Below are positions 49,435 through 51,894 of a stretch of 51,894 nt of DNA, piece after piece. This DNA is from Candidatus Eiseniibacteriota bacterium (lineage in GTDB: Bacteria; Eisenbacteria; RBG-16-71-46; CAIMUX01; WJJG01). The stretch's first letter is position 1. The number at the start of each line of letters is the position of its first letter. Both the position numbers and the translations under genes were made by a program. The stretch lies in the NCBI GenBank assembly GCA_014729815.1, contig WJJG01000349.1, positions 1 to 51,894 on the forward strand, in the 5' to 3' direction. The notes under the pieces were generated by a model. That model made no database searches, was not told where the DNA came from, and saw only the letters and a list, made by a program, of their open reading frames with translations.

Positions 49435-50327
49435 CTCGTCTACCCTCCTCTTCTGATCACACGGGCGCCTCTTGCGAGAAACAACTTCTCGGGCTCGACC
49501 GCCCGACCTGAGTCGCGATCCGATCACCCCCCTGTCTCCGACTCAGGGCTCAAAAGGACAAGGTCGGCCAAGGTGCGCTAAGCCTGCCCATGGCGGGGAA
49601 ATGGCGGGCGGGAGATCAGGTTGACCAAGGAAGCGAGTGAGGATAGACTGACCCACATGGGGCGCGATGCGTTTCTTGACGCACTCTCGTCCCAACAACC
49701 CCGGGCCGGAGGTCATCGCTTCAACAGAGATCTCCGGCTCGGCTCGTTTTGTCTCTTCGCTCTAGCTCGCCTTGCCTCTCTCCCGCCCAGCTTCGCTAAA
49801 CCGGACGCACCTGGCTGCCTATGACGGGAAGGAGCCTCTGCTCGGAGAGACAGAGACCCCGGCTTCTCCTCCTCGGGATACTCCGGATGGTGGAAAGGCA
49901 CACCTGCGAGAGTTGTCGTGCGCAGAAGCAGCACGGCCGATCCTGAATCGCTGCCCACCGATCTGCTGCAAGGTCGATCTACCTCGCGGAATGACACTCA
50001 AACCCACAGTCTACGCCCCGCACCAGACGCGATAGAATCCGAATCCGCACGATCGTTGGGCTGATTCGCGCCGCTTGCGACGCGCAGCCTTCCTCAGTAG
50101 CCGGCAAGATAACAAGCAGAAGTTTGACTTTCAACGCTTTTGTTGCCGATCACGGATTGCGTGTTGCGATCTGCGCGGTGCATGCAAAGCGGCGTCGGCG
50201 AAGTGACTCATGTGCAGCTCATCGATTGTCAGAAGCACGCCAGCGCCGAGTTGCGAAGCGCCGGAGATCGCAGGGGAAGCCGGAAGATTTCCATTTTCGT
50301 TGAGCCGCAGCGCCCAGCCACCGCCTT

Positions 50328-50789
50328 TCAGCCCCTCGGCCCCAGCACCCGCGCCAGCGCGTGCGGCGAGATTCGGTAGCGCGAGCCGCGGCCCTGGAAG
50401 AAGCCGTGCGCGGCGATCATATGGACCGAAAGCGGCGTGAAGCGCAGCGTCTCGCTGCAGGATGTATCGGTCAGCTCCACTTCGCCCTTGGGGAAGCGCG
50501 CGCCATCGCCGAAGGGGCAGGGAATGCGGCCCATCGACTCGCGATAGACCGCTTCCAGGTGCAGTCCCACGCGGACCGGGGCGCCCATGCCCTCCATGGC
50601 CGCCTCGAGGATCTCCTGCAGACGCGCTGCGAGCGTCGCCTGATCGAAGCCCAACGTGAGTACACTCGAGCGATCGGCGTCGATGATCTCGCCCAGTGAG
50701 CGGCGATCCTCGCCCAGGAAGCCGTCGCGCGAGAGCACGCCGGGCTGCATCCGCTCGGTGATCCGGCGCTCTTCGGGGCTGGTCTTCAT
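50328..50789 (-). CDS. Conserved hypothetical protein (153 aa), function unknown
   Basis: ORF 50328..50807, trimmed to ATG 50787-50789 with GGAGAG 5 nt upstream. MKTSPEERRITERMQPGVLSRDGFLGEDRRSLGEII...CPFGDGARFPKGEVEL...HMIAAHGFFQGRGSRYRISP. The composition is coding-like. I cannot name the family. It lies 84 nt downstream of the NqrF-like gene on the same strand. Confidence 0.65.
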   Translation of the reverse strand: MKTSPEERRITERMQPGVLSRDGFLGEDRRSLGEIIDADRSSVLTLGFDQATLAARLQEILEAAMEGMGAPVRVGLHLEAVYRESMGRIPCPFGDGARFPKGEVELTDTSCSETLRFTPLSVHMIAAHGFFQGRGSRYRISPHALARVLGPRG

Positions 50790-50873
50790 GGCAGCTCTCC
50801 GATCCATTGGCCTTGCACGTGCCCGCGCGATCCCGGGCCGCGGGCATCTCGGCGACGGCCCGGCACGCAGAGC

Positions 50874-51894
50874 CTATGCGAACTTGTCATAGTAGACCCG
50901 CTCGTCCGGGATCCCGTGCTCGTTGAGCACACGGATCGAGGCATCGATCATCCCCGGCGAGCCGCACAGATATCCCTCGCGCTCGGCCGGGTTGCCCTCA
51001 AGGTGCCGGCCGACCACATCGGTGATCAGCCCGCGCTCCCCCTGGTAGGCGTCGCTGACCTCCCCGGAGAGCGCCGAGACGAAGCGGAACCAGGGCAGCT
51101 TTTCGGCATACGCCTCGAGCTCCTCGACCAGGAAGAGATCGCGTTCGGTGACCGCGCCGAAGAAGTAGGTCGTCGGACGCCCAGCGCCCTGGCGTTCCAG
51201 ATGCCGCAGGATCGACCAGAAGGGCGCCATCCCCGATCCCCCCGCGATCCAGATCATCTCCAGCTCGGTGTCGCTCAGCCGGAACTCTCCGAACGGTCCG
51301 GTGAAGGTGACCTCGTCGCCCTCCTTCAGATGCTCGAAGACCCAGGTCGTGCAGATCCCTTCGGGCACCAGACGGATCATCAGCTCGATGTATCCCTCGT
51401 CCTCCGGCGGACTGGCGATGCTGTAGGCGCGGAAGACGGTCTCCTTGCTCTTGCCGTAGGGCGGCGCCTCGAGCTGGATGTACTGCCCCGGTACGAAGCG
51501 GATCTGCTGCGGCTCGAGCAGCTTGATGCGCAGCAGCTTGATGTCGTGCGTCAGGTCCTCGATCTTCTCGACCCGCCCGCGGAACTCGCGCACATTGAGC
51601 AAGGCTTCGGGCACCGCGATGCGCATGTCGTTGCGCACCTTGACTTGACAGGTGATGCGCACCTGCTCGGCGATCTCCTGGGCCGAGAGCAGCGGCTCTT
51701 CGGTCGGACCGACGGGTCCGCCGCCTTCGAGGATCTTGGCCTTGCAGAAGGCACACGTGCCGCGCCCCCCGCACGCCGAGGCCAGGTAGAGCCCCTCCTT
51801 GCGCAGGGCGATCAGCAGCGAGTCGCCGCCGATGACTTCCAGTTCGCGCGAGCCGTCGTTGATGTCGATTGTGCAGGGACCGTAGTTGGCCAGG
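50874..51894 (-). CDS. NqrF-like 2Fe-2S ferredoxin / FAD / NAD(P)H oxidoreductase, 5'-partial (runs off the window end)
   Basis: The reading frame stays open upstream of the listed ORF (50874..51662) to position 51894. It reads ..LANYGPCTIDINDGSRELEVIGGDSLLIALRKEGLYLASACGGRGTCAFCKAKILEGGG..RITCQVKV.., a 2Fe-2S C-x5-C-x2-C...C pattern. FAD and NAD motifs: RAYSIAS (RxYS), IAGGSGMAPF (GGxGxxP), YLCGSPGM (CGPxxM). Confidence 0.85.
   Translation of the reverse strand, partial: LANYGPCTIDINDGSRELEVIGGDSLLIALRKEGLYLASACGGRGTCAFCKAKILEGGGPVGPTEEPLLSAQEIAEQVRITCQVKVRNDMRIAVPEALLNVREFRGRVEKIEDLTHDIKLLRIKLLEPQQIRFVPGQYIQLEAPPYGKSKETVFRAYSIASPPEDEGYIELMIRLVPEGICTTWVFEHLKEGDEVTFTGPFGEFRLSDTELEMIWIAGGSGMAPFWSILRHLERQGAGRPTTYFFGAVTERDLFLVEELEAYAEKLPWFRFVSALSGEVSDAYQGERGLITDVVGRHLEGNPAEREGYLCGSPGMIDASIRVLNEHGIPDERVYYDKFA

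Noticed and set aside
49640-50030. Possible tmRNA (ssrA) gene on either strand
   Set aside because: The length (~360-430 nt), pairable GGGGCG/CGCCCC ends and a PK2-like CU-rich stretch looked suggestive. However, there is no G3-U70 wobble, no GGUUCGA-type T-loop and no encoded or positioned CCA on the minus strand. No tag ORF ends in a hydrophobic ..AA-type C-terminus; the only frame into the UAG reads ..ARFVSSL. I kept it only as an unexplained-region finding pending an Infernal/ARAGORN scan.

Overview
This is a high-GC bacterial chromosomal segment with about 31 protein-coding genes. All calls are by eye from the sequence and the ORF track. Domain names rest on remembered family motifs, not on any search.

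G+C is uneven. Hand counts of single 60-nt lines give 42/60 at 33301-33360, 31/60 at 37501-37560 and 29/60 at 4861-4920.

I recognised no rRNA, tRNA, CRISPR array, transposase or integrase. Many long ORFs in the track are antisense shadow ORFs typical of high-GC DNA and were discarded.

The dominant theme is a dense exported-protein repertoire. Nine ORFs end in the same ~85-aa FlgD-Ig / T9SS type-A-like C-terminal domain (CTD). They carry these modules:
- Asp-box/BNR propellers
- SBBP beta-propeller repeats
- a C10 (streptopain-like) peptidase fused to duplicated beta-helix modules
- cohesin/dockerin-like modules
- a 4x Cys-rich repeat

This pattern is typical of uncultured FCB-group-like lineages. 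Taxonomy cannot be assigned from this window.

Housekeeping-like genes are a small-subunit catalase, an S11 DD-carboxypeptidase, an AraC/GyrI regulator and a 5'-partial NqrF-like 2Fe-2S/FAD oxidoreductase.

Candidates for undescribed biology, in my order of interest:
1. A co-directional module (24.4-31.3 kb): ECF sigma, FecR-type anti-sigma, two DUF3857/transglutaminase-like exported proteins (one catalytic, one pseudo-enzyme), and a tail-anchored TIR-domain protein.
2. A membrane protein (14054-16300) combining a cytoplasmic ATPase-less Lon-type Ser-Lys protease domain with an extracytoplasmic FG-GAP-like domain, followed by a soluble zf-HC2 anti-sigma-like protein.
3. A 729-aa pyruvate-kinase homologue with a roughly doubled lid domain, divergent from a membrane PilZ protein, on lower-GC DNA.
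4. A lower-GC islet with a beta-propeller lipoprotein, a small secreted ORF and a TPR-type sigma-54 activator.
5. A cohesin/dockerin-like pair.
6. Several small-scale oddities:
   - in-frame tandem duplications inside two signal peptides
   - an eroded higBA locus
   - an in-frame membrane-module/DacA fusion
   - an internally deleted SnoaL-like pseudogene
   - a ~0.9-kb apparently non-coding stretch
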